A stretch of 64,000 nucleotides of DNA. Origin: Gaiellales bacterium (GTDB lineage: Bacteria; Actinomycetota; Thermoleophilia; Gaiellales; SKUG01). The notes under the pieces are model-generated. The model saw only the letters and a program-made list of their open reading frames with translations. It ran no database searches and was not told the DNA's origin. Positions 7,545-15,384 of the stretch are shown here, in pieces. The DNA is taken from assembly GCA_038212015.1 (NCBI GenBank), contig JBBQUY010000006.1, positions 3,016-67,015 of the forward strand. The letters run 5' to 3'. The position numbers were made by a program, and so were the translations under genes. Every line of letters begins with the position of its first letter. The stretch's first letter is position 1.

Positions 7545-9329
7545 TCAGCTGCCTTCGACCGGGCGGCGCGCGACGCACAGCGCCTCGGCCAGGCGGATCG
7601 TGTCGTCGTGCGGCAGGCCGCGTGAGTGGGCGAGCGCGATACCGAGCACCTGGGCTGCGTACTCCCAGAGCGCGAGCGGACCGGAGCGACACAGCTGTTC
7701 CCAGCCAAACGGAATGATCAGCTTCGCGACCGTGGACTCGGCGTCCCCGGAGGCGCGGTCGATGCCGATCGACTGGCGCACGATGCGGCCCCAGAATGCG
7801 TGGGCGGTGGCGCGGTTGGCTTCGCGCACGGCTCCGGAGCCCTGCACGAGCGTGCCACTGCGCGCGACGATGCGTGCGAGTTCGTGGTCGGTGCGCAGCG
7901 AATCGTGCAGCGCCTCGAGCCAGGTGTCCGCCGAATCCTTCTCGTGGCGCTGGCGCAGCGTGCCCTGGCGCAGCTTCGCGGCGGCGGCCATGCGGCGCAG
8001 GCGCAGCGCGCCCGAGATGCTCGTGGTCGTGACGCGCTCCACGCGCAGCGGCTGCAGCAGTGGCGGCACGCTCGCGGCGGGCGAGCCCATCGCGGGCATT
8101 CGCCTGGAGCGAGTCGCGGCGCGGTCGAGCGCGTCGAGCGGAATGTGGTCGACGAGCTCGTATGCGTCTCGGCGCGAGATGCCGTGGGCGTTGCGCAGGT
8201 CCTTGATGCGCCCGGTGCGGCGCTTGCGGTTGGCGATCCATGCGGCGTCGGGCCACACGAGCATCGCCGCGAGCGCGCGGATCGAATCCGGCACCACCGA
8301 CGCATGCGGCTCGACCACGCCGGTGTGCTCGCGCTCGGCAGCTGCGATGTCGGCGACGTGGTCGACGAGGATCGTCGCCCACTCGGCGTCCTGGAACTCG
8401 CACAGCAGGTAGATGGCGTCCTGCAGCACGCTCAGGTGGTCGGGGTGCACGATCTCGGCGGCGCGCTCGATGAGCGCCTCGAATCCGAGCCGTGAGGCGT
8501 GGTCGATGTGAGCGCGGCGCTTGCGCGTGAACTGGTAGGCGGTCTTGACGCGGCGCACGCGGCCACCTTCGCGGCGACCCAGGCGGGTGCCGCGCCGGAA
8601 CGCCTCGGCGTACAGCTTGTCGTCGACGCCGAGCGCGCGAATGCCTGCCACGAAGTCGGCTTCGTCGAGACCGGTGATGCCGGTGCCGCAGATCGCGCCG
8701 AGCAGCAGGCCGGGCTGCGCCGCCGACGGCAGGTGGTACCAGCCGGCGACTTCGTGGCCGTCGAAGGCGTAATAGGCGAGCGCAGACGTTCGGGCGATCG
8801 CATCGATCTCGCGCTCGGTGAGCACGTGCTCGGGGGCGACGTCGCGCTCGACGCTCGTGAACGCGCGGCGGCACGAGGACACGACGGTGGTGACGTCGGA
8901 GTCGACGAAGCCAGCGTCGATCGCACGAACGAGCTCGAGGTGCTCGCCGGCGACCACGAGGTCGACCGCGCCCCAGGGAACGTCGCCCAGTGCGTCTTCG
9001 ATGTCGGCATCGGCGGCGACTTCGACGTACATGCCGTGCGGCATGCGCGAGTTGCCGGCAAGCGGCACGGCCTGCGCGACGATGCCGGCCTCGCGGCAGG
9101 CGAGCAGCAGCCAGTCCACGACGAGCAGCGTTCGATCCTCGGTGAGGCCGCACACGAGCGCGGACCACGGGCGGATCGCGGCGGCACCGCGCACGGGCAG
9201 GGCGGCGACAGCGGCGGGGAGCACCGTCTGATCCGGCGCCGAAGCCGCACGTTCGTGACCGGCGTCTGTCACCAACGTGCTGGGGGCGACGGCGGCATCG
9301 ACGGTGCGTGGGGGCAGGGTTCCGGTCAC
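7545..9329 (-). CDS. Indolepyruvate/2-oxoacid:ferredoxin oxidoreductase beta-subunit-like protein (divergent)
   Basis: The N-terminal segment ALVCGLTEDRTLLVVDWLLLACREAGIVAQAV resembles the POR-gamma/IorB nucleotide-fold start. A long C-terminal extension follows, as in IorB/DUF6537-type proteins. GTG start 9329 overlaps the upstream stop (GTGA). Confidence 0.5.
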   Translation of the reverse strand: MTGTLPPRTVDAAVAPSTLVTDAGHERAASAPDQTVLPAAVAALPVRGAAAIRPWSALVCGLTEDRTLLVVDWLLLACREAGIVAQAVPLAGNSRMPHGMYVEVAADADIEDALGDVPWGAVDLVVAGEHLELVRAIDAGFVDSDVTTVVSSCRRAFTSVERDVAPEHVLTEREIDAIARTSALAYYAFDGHEVAGWYHLPSAAQPGLLLGAICGTGITGLDEADFVAGIRALGVDDKLYAEAFRRGTRLGRREGGRVRRVKTAYQFTRKRRAHIDHASRLGFEALIERAAEIVHPDHLSVLQDAIYLLCEFQDAEWATILVDHVADIAAAEREHTGVVEPHASVVPDSIRALAAMLVWPDAAWIANRKRRTGRIKDLRNAHGISRRDAYELVDHIPLDALDRAATRSRRMPAMGSPAASVPPLLQPLRVERVTTTSISGALRLRRMAAAAKLRQGTLRQRHEKDSADTWLEALHDSLRTDHELARIVARSGTLVQGSGAVREANRATAHAFWGRIVRQSIGIDRASGDAESTVAKLIIPFGWEQLCRSGPLALWEYAAQVLGIALAHSRGLPHDDTIRLAEALCVARRPVEGS

Positions 9330-11140
9330 AGGTCCACTCCCGCGACGGCGCGCACGAGCTTGCGGCGCAGGTTCCAGGACAGGCGCTTGGCCCGGCCCGT
9401 GGTGTCGCGGCGACGCAGGTCCCACGTGGCGGGCGACAGCTCGCGGACGGGGTCGAGCGAGGCGTGCGCGGCGGGCACGTCCAGCGCGAGCACGGTGGGG
9501 CCGGCGACGAGTTCCTCGCCGAGCTGCACGAGCGCTGTTGCAGCCGTCGGCACGGCGGCGGTGGCGATGCGGTCGGTGCCGACCAGGTCGGGGTCCATGC
9601 CGAAGGTGGACCCGCGGCGCGGTGCGGCGACGCGCTGCACGTCGCCCACGACGATCACGTGCGAGGCGACGCGCATGGAGCGGCAGGCGGTGCCGACGGC
9701 GACGCCGATCGCGCGGGGCGAGCTGCCGTCGACGTACTCGATGGACGCGCCGGCGGCTCCTGCGGCTTCGGTGACGCCGCCGCCCTGGCCGGTGACGACG
9801 AACACGCCGTGACCGGTGCCGGGTGCGGCGCTCGCGGCGCCGTGGGCTGCGAAGACTGCAGCAGGCACGACGGTGAGCGGCACGCCGGTGTCGGTCTGGT
9901 ACGTCGGGTACTCGGCGTCGAGGCGACCGGGCACGCCGATCACGCCCTGCGCGAGCGTCAGGCCGGCGGCGACGACGGGCGAGACGGCGCGGTGCAGGAC
10001 CTCGCCGCGGCGCGGCACGCGGCTGCTGGCGACGGTGCGCGGAGCCGCGACTGCCCCGGCGAGCTCATCGAGTGCGGCGAGGCCAGGATCATCTTCGGAA
10101 AGGCGTGTGCGGGCCCACGACGCAACGAGCGACACGAGCGTCTCGCCACGCAGCGAGCCGGCATCGATCGAGTGGGTGGCCGAGACCGGGGCCGACAGGT
10201 CCGAGCGAAGCTGGTCGGCGATGCGGTCGGCGCGTGGCGCGATCACGCAGGCGTCGTCGACGGCGCCGAGCATTCGCCCGATCGCACCGTCGCGAGCCGG
10301 CACGATGCCGACCGCGCGGCTGGACACGATCGCGACATCGTCCAGGCGCGTTGCGCTACCGACGTCAACGAGGCGCGCTGCGACCTGCGCCAGCGCACGT
10401 TCGGCGGCAACACGGATCGGGCCGGCAACGACGAGCGCGCAGACTGCGCCGCCGTGGGCGCTGCCGAGCGTCGCGTCGATGAGCCCGGCCTGCTCGGCCG
10501 CAGCGGCAATCGAGACGTGGCCCGGGGTACGGATCTCGGCATCCGCATCGGCGGTGGCGACGGGCGAGGCGTCATGGCGGCGGCGAATCGTGCCACGCAT
10601 GCCGAGCGCTCGCTCGCGAATCACGATGAGGGCGGGGCGGCCGGCGGCGACGCTCGCGGCGTAGGCGGCGTCGATGGCGCGGACCAGGCCGATCGCGGTG
10701 GGCTCGGGATCGATGACGAGCGCGTCGTCGATGCGCAGCACGTCCTCGTCGAAGCTGAATCCGACCACGCCGCCGGCACACTGCACTCGTGCGAACTGCT
10801 CGAGGGCAGGGCGCAGGCCTCGTCGTCCGCCGAACACGACCGCGCCGCGCGGGGGAGCGCCGGTGATGCCGCCTGTGGGTGAAGTCACGAGCGGCTCCAG
10901 GGCCGAGCGGCTGCGCAGGCGTCGCAGCACGACGCCGCGGGGCGAGAGCACTCGTTCGCGCGCCTCGTCGATGGCGGCGTCGATCGGGGTGGGGCGATCG
11001 TGCCAGGAGCTGACGATGTATCCCACGCCGTTTTCGAGCAGCGCACGCACGACGACCAGTCCCAGGTCGCCGGTCAGCAGTTCACGGGCGCCGCCATGGG
11101 CACCGGTCGTCTGCTCCATATGCTCCTCAGTCGGGAGCAT
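9326..11140 (-). CDS. Indolepyruvate/2-oxoacid:ferredoxin oxidoreductase alpha-subunit-like protein (divergent, no Fe-S Cys motifs)
   Basis: The N-terminus ELLTGDLGLVVVRALLENGVGYIVSS resembles the LLSGNEA..RGALEAGV start of IorA/PorA. ...VFVVTGQGGG... sits where the TPP-domain MTGGQ motif would be. GGAGGA lies 6 nt before ATG 11140. An alternative ATG lies at 11119. Confidence 0.5.
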   Translation of the reverse strand: MLPTEEHMEQTTGAHGGARELLTGDLGLVVVRALLENGVGYIVSSWHDRPTPIDAAIDEARERVLSPRGVVLRRLRSRSALEPLVTSPTGGITGAPPRGAVVFGGRRGLRPALEQFARVQCAGGVVGFSFDEDVLRIDDALVIDPEPTAIGLVRAIDAAYAASVAAGRPALIVIRERALGMRGTIRRRHDASPVATADADAEIRTPGHVSIAAAAEQAGLIDATLGSAHGGAVCALVVAGPIRVAAERALAQVAARLVDVGSATRLDDVAIVSSRAVGIVPARDGAIGRMLGAVDDACVIAPRADRIADQLRSDLSAPVSATHSIDAGSLRGETLVSLVASWARTRLSEDDPGLAALDELAGAVAAPRTVASSRVPRRGEVLHRAVSPVVAAGLTLAQGVIGVPGRLDAEYPTYQTDTGVPLTVVPAAVFAAHGAASAAPGTGHGVFVVTGQGGGVTEAAGAAGASIEYVDGSSPRAIGVAVGTACRSMRVASHVIVVGDVQRVAAPRRGSTFGMDPDLVGTDRIATAAVPTAATALVQLGEELVAGPTVLALDVPAAHASLDPVRELSPATWDLRRRDTTGRAKRLSWNLRRKLVRAVAGVDL

Positions 11141-11189
11141 TCGATTCCTCCGTTCGCCACGCCGCTGTCCCGTCGTCAGTGCTCACCGG

Positions 11190-11322
11190 GTGGCCGTCGC
11201 CTGTGGGGCGTGGCCGTCGGTGCGCACCGCACTGACGTTGGGATCCTCACCGCTCTATCGCGGCTCGGCGGCACTCGCGTTGCAGATGCGGCCACCGAGT
11301 GGCCGTCGTACCGTGGCCGTCG
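11190..11322 (+). repeat. Four direct copies of the decamer GTGGCCGTCG in the iorA / transglutaminase-like intergenic region
   Basis: Copies at 11190-11199, 11210-11219, 11299-11308 and 11313-11322, all in the same orientation and all non-coding. Confidence 0.6.
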
Positions 11323-11417
11323 GCGCCGCAGCGTGGATTCTGGCACGTTGCTTCACGCGGGCGTGCAGGCGCGCTCGCGCGTGGCCCCGCTGTCGGCGCG
11401 CTGACGCAATTCGTGGT

Positions 11418-11445
11418 TTGCAGATCTGCAATTCCGTCGTACGGT
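11418..11445 (+). promoter_or_regulatory. Putative promoter with embedded perfect palindrome TGCAGATCTGCA
   Basis: TTGCAG (11418-11423), a 16-nt spacer, then TACGGT (11440-11445), about 95 nt upstream of ATG 11541. The 12-nt palindrome at 11419-11430 is flanked by GCAATTC direct repeats. This is a locally AT-richer patch. Confidence 0.35.
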
Positions 11446-11540
11446 GGCAGCAGGGAAACGAATGCGTGCCTCTGGGATCACGCTGGCGTGGACGCCAGCC
11501 TCGGGGTTCGTACGGGACATCACGGACGAAGGAATCGACG

Positions 11541-12380
11541 ATGCGAATGCGACGTCTAGGGGTTCTGGTCGTAGCAGCCATGGCGAGCATGACGCTCATT
11601 ACGCCAGCTGGTGCGAGCGCAGCCACCGAGTACGGCTCGACGAACAAGTGGCCCTGGTCGGGCTACTGGTTCCCGATGCTCGACAACGGCTACAACCTGT
11701 ATTCGGCCGGAGGCCCGCTGCAGAAGTACGACCAGCAGTTCGGCACCGGAGCACAGGCCTGGGAGCGGGCGAACCACTACACCAACGACGCCGCCAACAA
11801 GTGGTGGGGTCACTGCCACGCATGGGCAGCGGCGGCGATCCTCGCTCCGGAGCCCAAGGCGACCGGCAACTACACCATCAACGACACCAAGGGTCTGACG
11901 ACGGCGCTGTATTACGAGCCGACGTTCCAGTGGCTCAGCGGCGTCCGAGTGGATGACGTCAACGACAAGTCGTCTGCCGCGTACCAGGACATCGCTCCGG
12001 CGTGGATGGACTACCTGCTTCGCTACTACATCCGCTACCACAAGTATCCGTTCATCATGGACGTGAACGCGGATTCGCAGGTCTGGAACTACCCGGTGTT
12101 CGCCTACCACCGCGAGAGCACGCAGTACGCGGGTGGCATCGAGGACGTCAAGACCACGGTCTGGTTCTCCAGCCCGGACTGGAACGTGACCGGCACCAAG
12201 TACATCTCCAGGACGTACACGTACCGCCTGCAGTCCGGCACGCTCGGACAGTGGTTCGGCTCGAGCGTCCACGATCACCCGGACTTCGCATGGGTGCCGA
12301 CGGGCAAGCGCCCCGGCGCGGGAACCAACCCGCACGTCACCGAGGCGAACGTCGAGAAGATCACCGGACTCGACGTCTAG
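11541..12380 (+). CDS. Secreted transglutaminase-elicitor (GP42/TGase_elicitor)-like cysteine enzyme
   Basis: Signal peptide MRMRRLGVLVVAAMASMTLITPAGASA. Candidate nucleophile motif WWGHCHAWAAAAI (Cys92, nt 11814-11816). VWNYPVFAYHRES (nt 12081-12119) resembles Pep-13, VWNQPVRGFKVYE (from memory). Confidence 0.6.
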   Translation: MRMRRLGVLVVAAMASMTLITPAGASAATEYGSTNKWPWSGYWFPMLDNGYNLYSAGGPLQKYDQQFGTGAQAWERANHYTNDAANKWWGHCHAWAAAAILAPEPKATGNYTINDTKGLTTALYYEPTFQWLSGVRVDDVNDKSSAAYQDIAPAWMDYLLRYYIRYHKYPFIMDVNADSQVWNYPVFAYHRESTQYAGGIEDVKTTVWFSSPDWNVTGTKYISRTYTYRLQSGTLGQWFGSSVHDHPDFAWVPTGKRPGAGTNPHVTEANVEKITGLDV

Positions 12381-12476
12381 CACCGGTACGAAATGAGCGA
12401 TTCAGTTCGGGGCCGTCCTTCGGGGGCGGCCCCGACTGCGTGCTCGGCCTCAAGGCTGGCGCACGAACGTGCCGAT

Positions 12477-13139
12477 ATGCGCCGTATGCGCTCCTCCACG
12501 ATTCGCCTCATCTCGATCTTCGTCATCTTCGTCGCCGCGCTCGGTGGCGGGATCCTCGTGCTGCGCGGCTCCGACGACGGGTCGTCGAACGGCAACGGCT
12601 CCGGCGGAAAGAGCGCAGGAAGCGATTTCTGGCAGGTCGGCGACGAGTGGACCGTCCAGGTGGCACAGGATGGCGGTGCGATCGCGCCGGACGGCGGCAG
12701 CACGAGCGTCGCGAAGATCCCGTTCCGCTTCACGGTGATGGACTCACCCGCCACGTCGAGCGAGCCATGGATCGTGAAGGTCGAGCAGGATGGAGCGGAA
12801 GGCCCGTTCGCTGCGGGGTGGCGCCTGTACTACGTCGAGCGCGACGGTGGGATGGAGCTGTCGAAGGTCGCCATGGGCGGTGCCACGGACAAGCCGCTCG
12901 AGGCCGAGCTCGCGACGATCGTGCTCGGATCGCAGTTCCCGTACGAGGTGCGCTACGAAACCGCCCCCAAGGACAAGACGGTCACGGCGGCCGACCTGAT
13001 CGAGCGCTCGTCGCTGCCGCCGTCGTCGGCGGTTCCGGGATCCAACGGCACGGGTGGCCCGGCTGGTGCGCCGACGGCGCCGCCGATCGACGAGGCCGTC
13101 GCCCCGGGCAACACCGCGCCCGCCACGCCGAAGCGCTGA
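12477..13139 (+). CDS. Membrane-anchored hypothetical protein (Pro/Ala-rich C-terminal tail)
   Basis: I chose the internal ATG 12477 (MRRMRSSTIRLISIFVIFVAALGGGILVL = N-terminal TM). The extracytoplasmic domain has no motif I recognise. Confidence 0.5.
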   Translation: MRRMRSSTIRLISIFVIFVAALGGGILVLRGSDDGSSNGNGSGGKSAGSDFWQVGDEWTVQVAQDGGAIAPDGGSTSVAKIPFRFTVMDSPATSSEPWIVKVEQDGAEGPFAAGWRLYYVERDGGMELSKVAMGGATDKPLEAELATIVLGSQFPYEVRYETAPKDKTVTAADLIERSSLPPSSAVPGSNGTGGPAGAPTAPPIDEAVAPGNTAPATPKR

Positions 13140-13228
13140 CCCACTCACAGATCGTTCGTTTATCAAGCATGCGGTGTTGGCGAACCGACGTGCGGTGAAC
13201 TACGGTCGATCCCGAGGGCGGGCTCGGC

Positions 13229-14452
13229 ATGACTGTGACCATGCCCGCACTGCAGCCGCATGTTCGCGAGAAATGCCTGCTCGAGGTCGAATCGCTGCTC
13301 GGCAGCGACCGTCCCTTGCAGGACCGCCTGGAGGCCGTCGCCACCGAGCTCGGCACGCGTATGGGCGTGCAGCGCGTGGTCGTGTACGGACACGGCGATT
13401 CCCGAGACTCCGCCGTTCGCGTTCGAGTGCAGTGGACGGCACCCGAACGCCGGCCGCTCGGCGACTGGATCGGCGCGATACCACTCATCAGCGATCGGCC
13501 GGAAGACCGAGCCATCGTCACGTCGACACCCCAGGGCACCTACTGCCCCGATGACTGCCCTTCGTCGCTCGCCACCTGCGACCTGCAACACGCATGCTCG
13601 AGCATCATCCAACCCCTGCGACTGGGAAGTGTGCGCTACGGGACGCTGGCGGTCCATGCCGTCACCGGGACTGCGTGGAACGACCAGCAGGCATCGCTCG
13701 TCGAGAACGTGGCACGTCGGATCACGCTCGAGATCGCCGTGGCTCGCCAGAGGCGCGTGGAGGCGCACCTCGACGCGCAGCGGTCGGGCATCGCGGCAAC
13801 GGCGCTGCACCAGATCGCGACCCCGGTGACGATCATCGAGGGAGTCATCGATCAGCTCGGCCAAGCGGGCGAGGCACCGCCGGAACTGCTGCGCATCGCA
13901 AGCGTCGAGGTCGAGCACCTGCGCCGCCTCTGTGACGACATCGCGGTGATCGCTGGCGGATCACTCCCGGGGCTGACCGGGACCCGCGACCGATGCGACG
14001 TTGCGGCGACGGTGCAGGCGGCCGTGCGATCCGCCGAGCTTCGACATGCTGGCACCACGATCCGGCTCGAGGTCGAGGACCAGCTCCCCTGTGCGAACTG
14101 CGATGCCGTGGACCTCGCACGAACCCTGGATCGGGTCGTCGACAACGCGGTGCGCTACGCGGGACGCAGCTCGAAGGTCGATGTCGCGTGCTGGGCGGAC
14201 GACGGTCGTGTGTTCGTGCGCGTGCGCGATGACGGCGACGGCGTCACCGCCGCGCAGGCCGCCGTGCTCGGAGAGCCGTTCGCGCGGCTCGATCCGAACA
14301 TGCGGTCACAGCCCGGCGGATTCGGGCTGAGCCTGGCCGTGGGGATGCAGGCGATGCGTCGACACGGTGGCGACCTCCACATCGAGCCTCGGAGCGATTC
14401 GCCGGGCACGCAGGTCACGATCGTGCTGCCTGCGTCGACTCCGGCGTGGTGA
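13229..14452 (+). CDS. GAF-like sensor histidine kinase (orphan, cytoplasmic)
   Basis: DHp His in LHQIATPVTIIEG. HATPase_c boxes DRVVDNAVRYA (N), VRDDGDGV (G1) and GGFGLSLA (G2). The N-terminal ~170 aa is GAF-like. Confidence 0.8.
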   Translation: MTVTMPALQPHVREKCLLEVESLLGSDRPLQDRLEAVATELGTRMGVQRVVVYGHGDSRDSAVRVRVQWTAPERRPLGDWIGAIPLISDRPEDRAIVTSTPQGTYCPDDCPSSLATCDLQHACSSIIQPLRLGSVRYGTLAVHAVTGTAWNDQQASLVENVARRITLEIAVARQRRVEAHLDAQRSGIAATALHQIATPVTIIEGVIDQLGQAGEAPPELLRIASVEVEHLRRLCDDIAVIAGGSLPGLTGTRDRCDVAATVQAAVRSAELRHAGTTIRLEVEDQLPCANCDAVDLARTLDRVVDNAVRYAGRSSKVDVACWADDGRVFVRVRDDGDGVTAAQAAVLGEPFARLDPNMRSQPGGFGLSLAVGMQAMRRHGGDLHIEPRSDSPGTQVTIVLPASTPAW

Positions 14453-14541
14453 CGAACGTGTGCCAGCTGCGCTGACGCAGCCGCCTCGGGCCGCGCAATT
14501 ACGCGGTCCGCATATCGGGATTCATGACGCACCGAACGTAC

Positions 14542-14567
14542 AAACCCGCGAACGATTCGCGGGTTTT
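14542..14567. terminator. Intrinsic terminator-like hairpin (A-tract / 10-11 bp stem / T-tract)
   Basis: AAACCCGCGAA-CGA-TTCGCGGGTTTT sits 90 nt after the kinase stop and before the oxidase operon. Confidence 0.7.
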
Positions 14568-14608
14568 CACGATACGCGACGGGCGGATCGCTGCGAGCCT
14601 GCGCAGCC

Positions 14609-14803
14609 ATGAGCACAGATCCCTTTGCGCCACCAGACGATGCCACCCCGGAAGAGCTCGACGCTGGCGTCACCGAGCGTGTCTTCGACAACCTCGCCGC
14701 CTGGGGATTCATCGCAGTCGCCATAGCGGCCCTCTACCTGGTGTGGGCGACCATCGAGATCCTGACCCAGATTGCCGGCGACATGCCTGGAATTGGAGCC
14801 TGA
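14609..14803 (+). CDS. Small single-TM protein, candidate oxidase subunit IIa-like component
   Basis: 64 aa with one TM (WGFIAVAIAALYLVWATIEIL). Its stop TGA 14801-14803 lies 1 nt before the subunit II ATG. This is the position cbaD occupies in Thermus ba3 operons (from memory). Confidence 0.45.
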   Translation: MSTDPFAPPDDATPEELDAGVTERVFDNLAAWGFIAVAIAALYLVWATIEILTQIAGDMPGIGA

Positions 14804-14804
14804 G

Positions 14805-15377
14805 ATGTCCGAGACGACTCCGACAGCCACACCCCCCGTCCCGGATCCGTCCGAATCGGCGCTCGCACCGCTGCCGGGGCGATGGGCTCGACGAATGCCT
14901 CGCGACGAGTACGTGTTCATGTGGATCGCGATCCTGCTGACCGTCGTGATGTCGGCGTTCCTGGTCGGTTGGATCTTCGTGAGCGACCACAACGTACCGA
15001 CCCGCTCGAAGGCAACGACGCCGACCGAGTTCGGAGAGCAGGTCTCCTCGTTCATGGCCGCAAACGACGCCGAGAACGGCGTGGTCAAGGTCCCGCCCGG
15101 CAAGGACGCCTACGTGATGGCGGAGCGCTACCGCTTCTACCCGGCGCTCGTGCTCAAGGTGAACGAGCCGTACACCATTTGGGTTTCATCGCGCGACGTG
15201 CTGCACGGCTTCTCGCTCGTCGGTTTCAACCGGAGCCTGAACTTCACGGTCGCACCGGGACACGCCTACGGCCTGCGGTTCACGCCGGACAAGACCGGCA
15301 CCTACAAGATCGTCTGCAACGAGTACTGCGGACAAGCGCACCACGCCATGACCGGCACGATCACCGTCGAGGAGTAG
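14805..15377 (+). CDS. Heme-copper oxidase subunit II, B-family (ba3-like), CuA domain
   Basis: Single N-terminal TM (VFMWIAILLTVVMSAFLVGWIF). CuA ligand motif HGF...CNEYCGQAHHAM. GGAG lies upstream of ATG 14805. Confidence 0.85.
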   Translation: MSETTPTATPPVPDPSESALAPLPGRWARRMPRDEYVFMWIAILLTVVMSAFLVGWIFVSDHNVPTRSKATTPTEFGEQVSSFMAANDAENGVVKVPPGKDAYVMAERYRFYPALVLKVNEPYTIWVSSRDVLHGFSLVGFNRSLNFTVAPGHAYGLRFTPDKTGTYKIVCNEYCGQAHHAMTGTITVEE

Positions 15378-15384
15378 TAGGACC

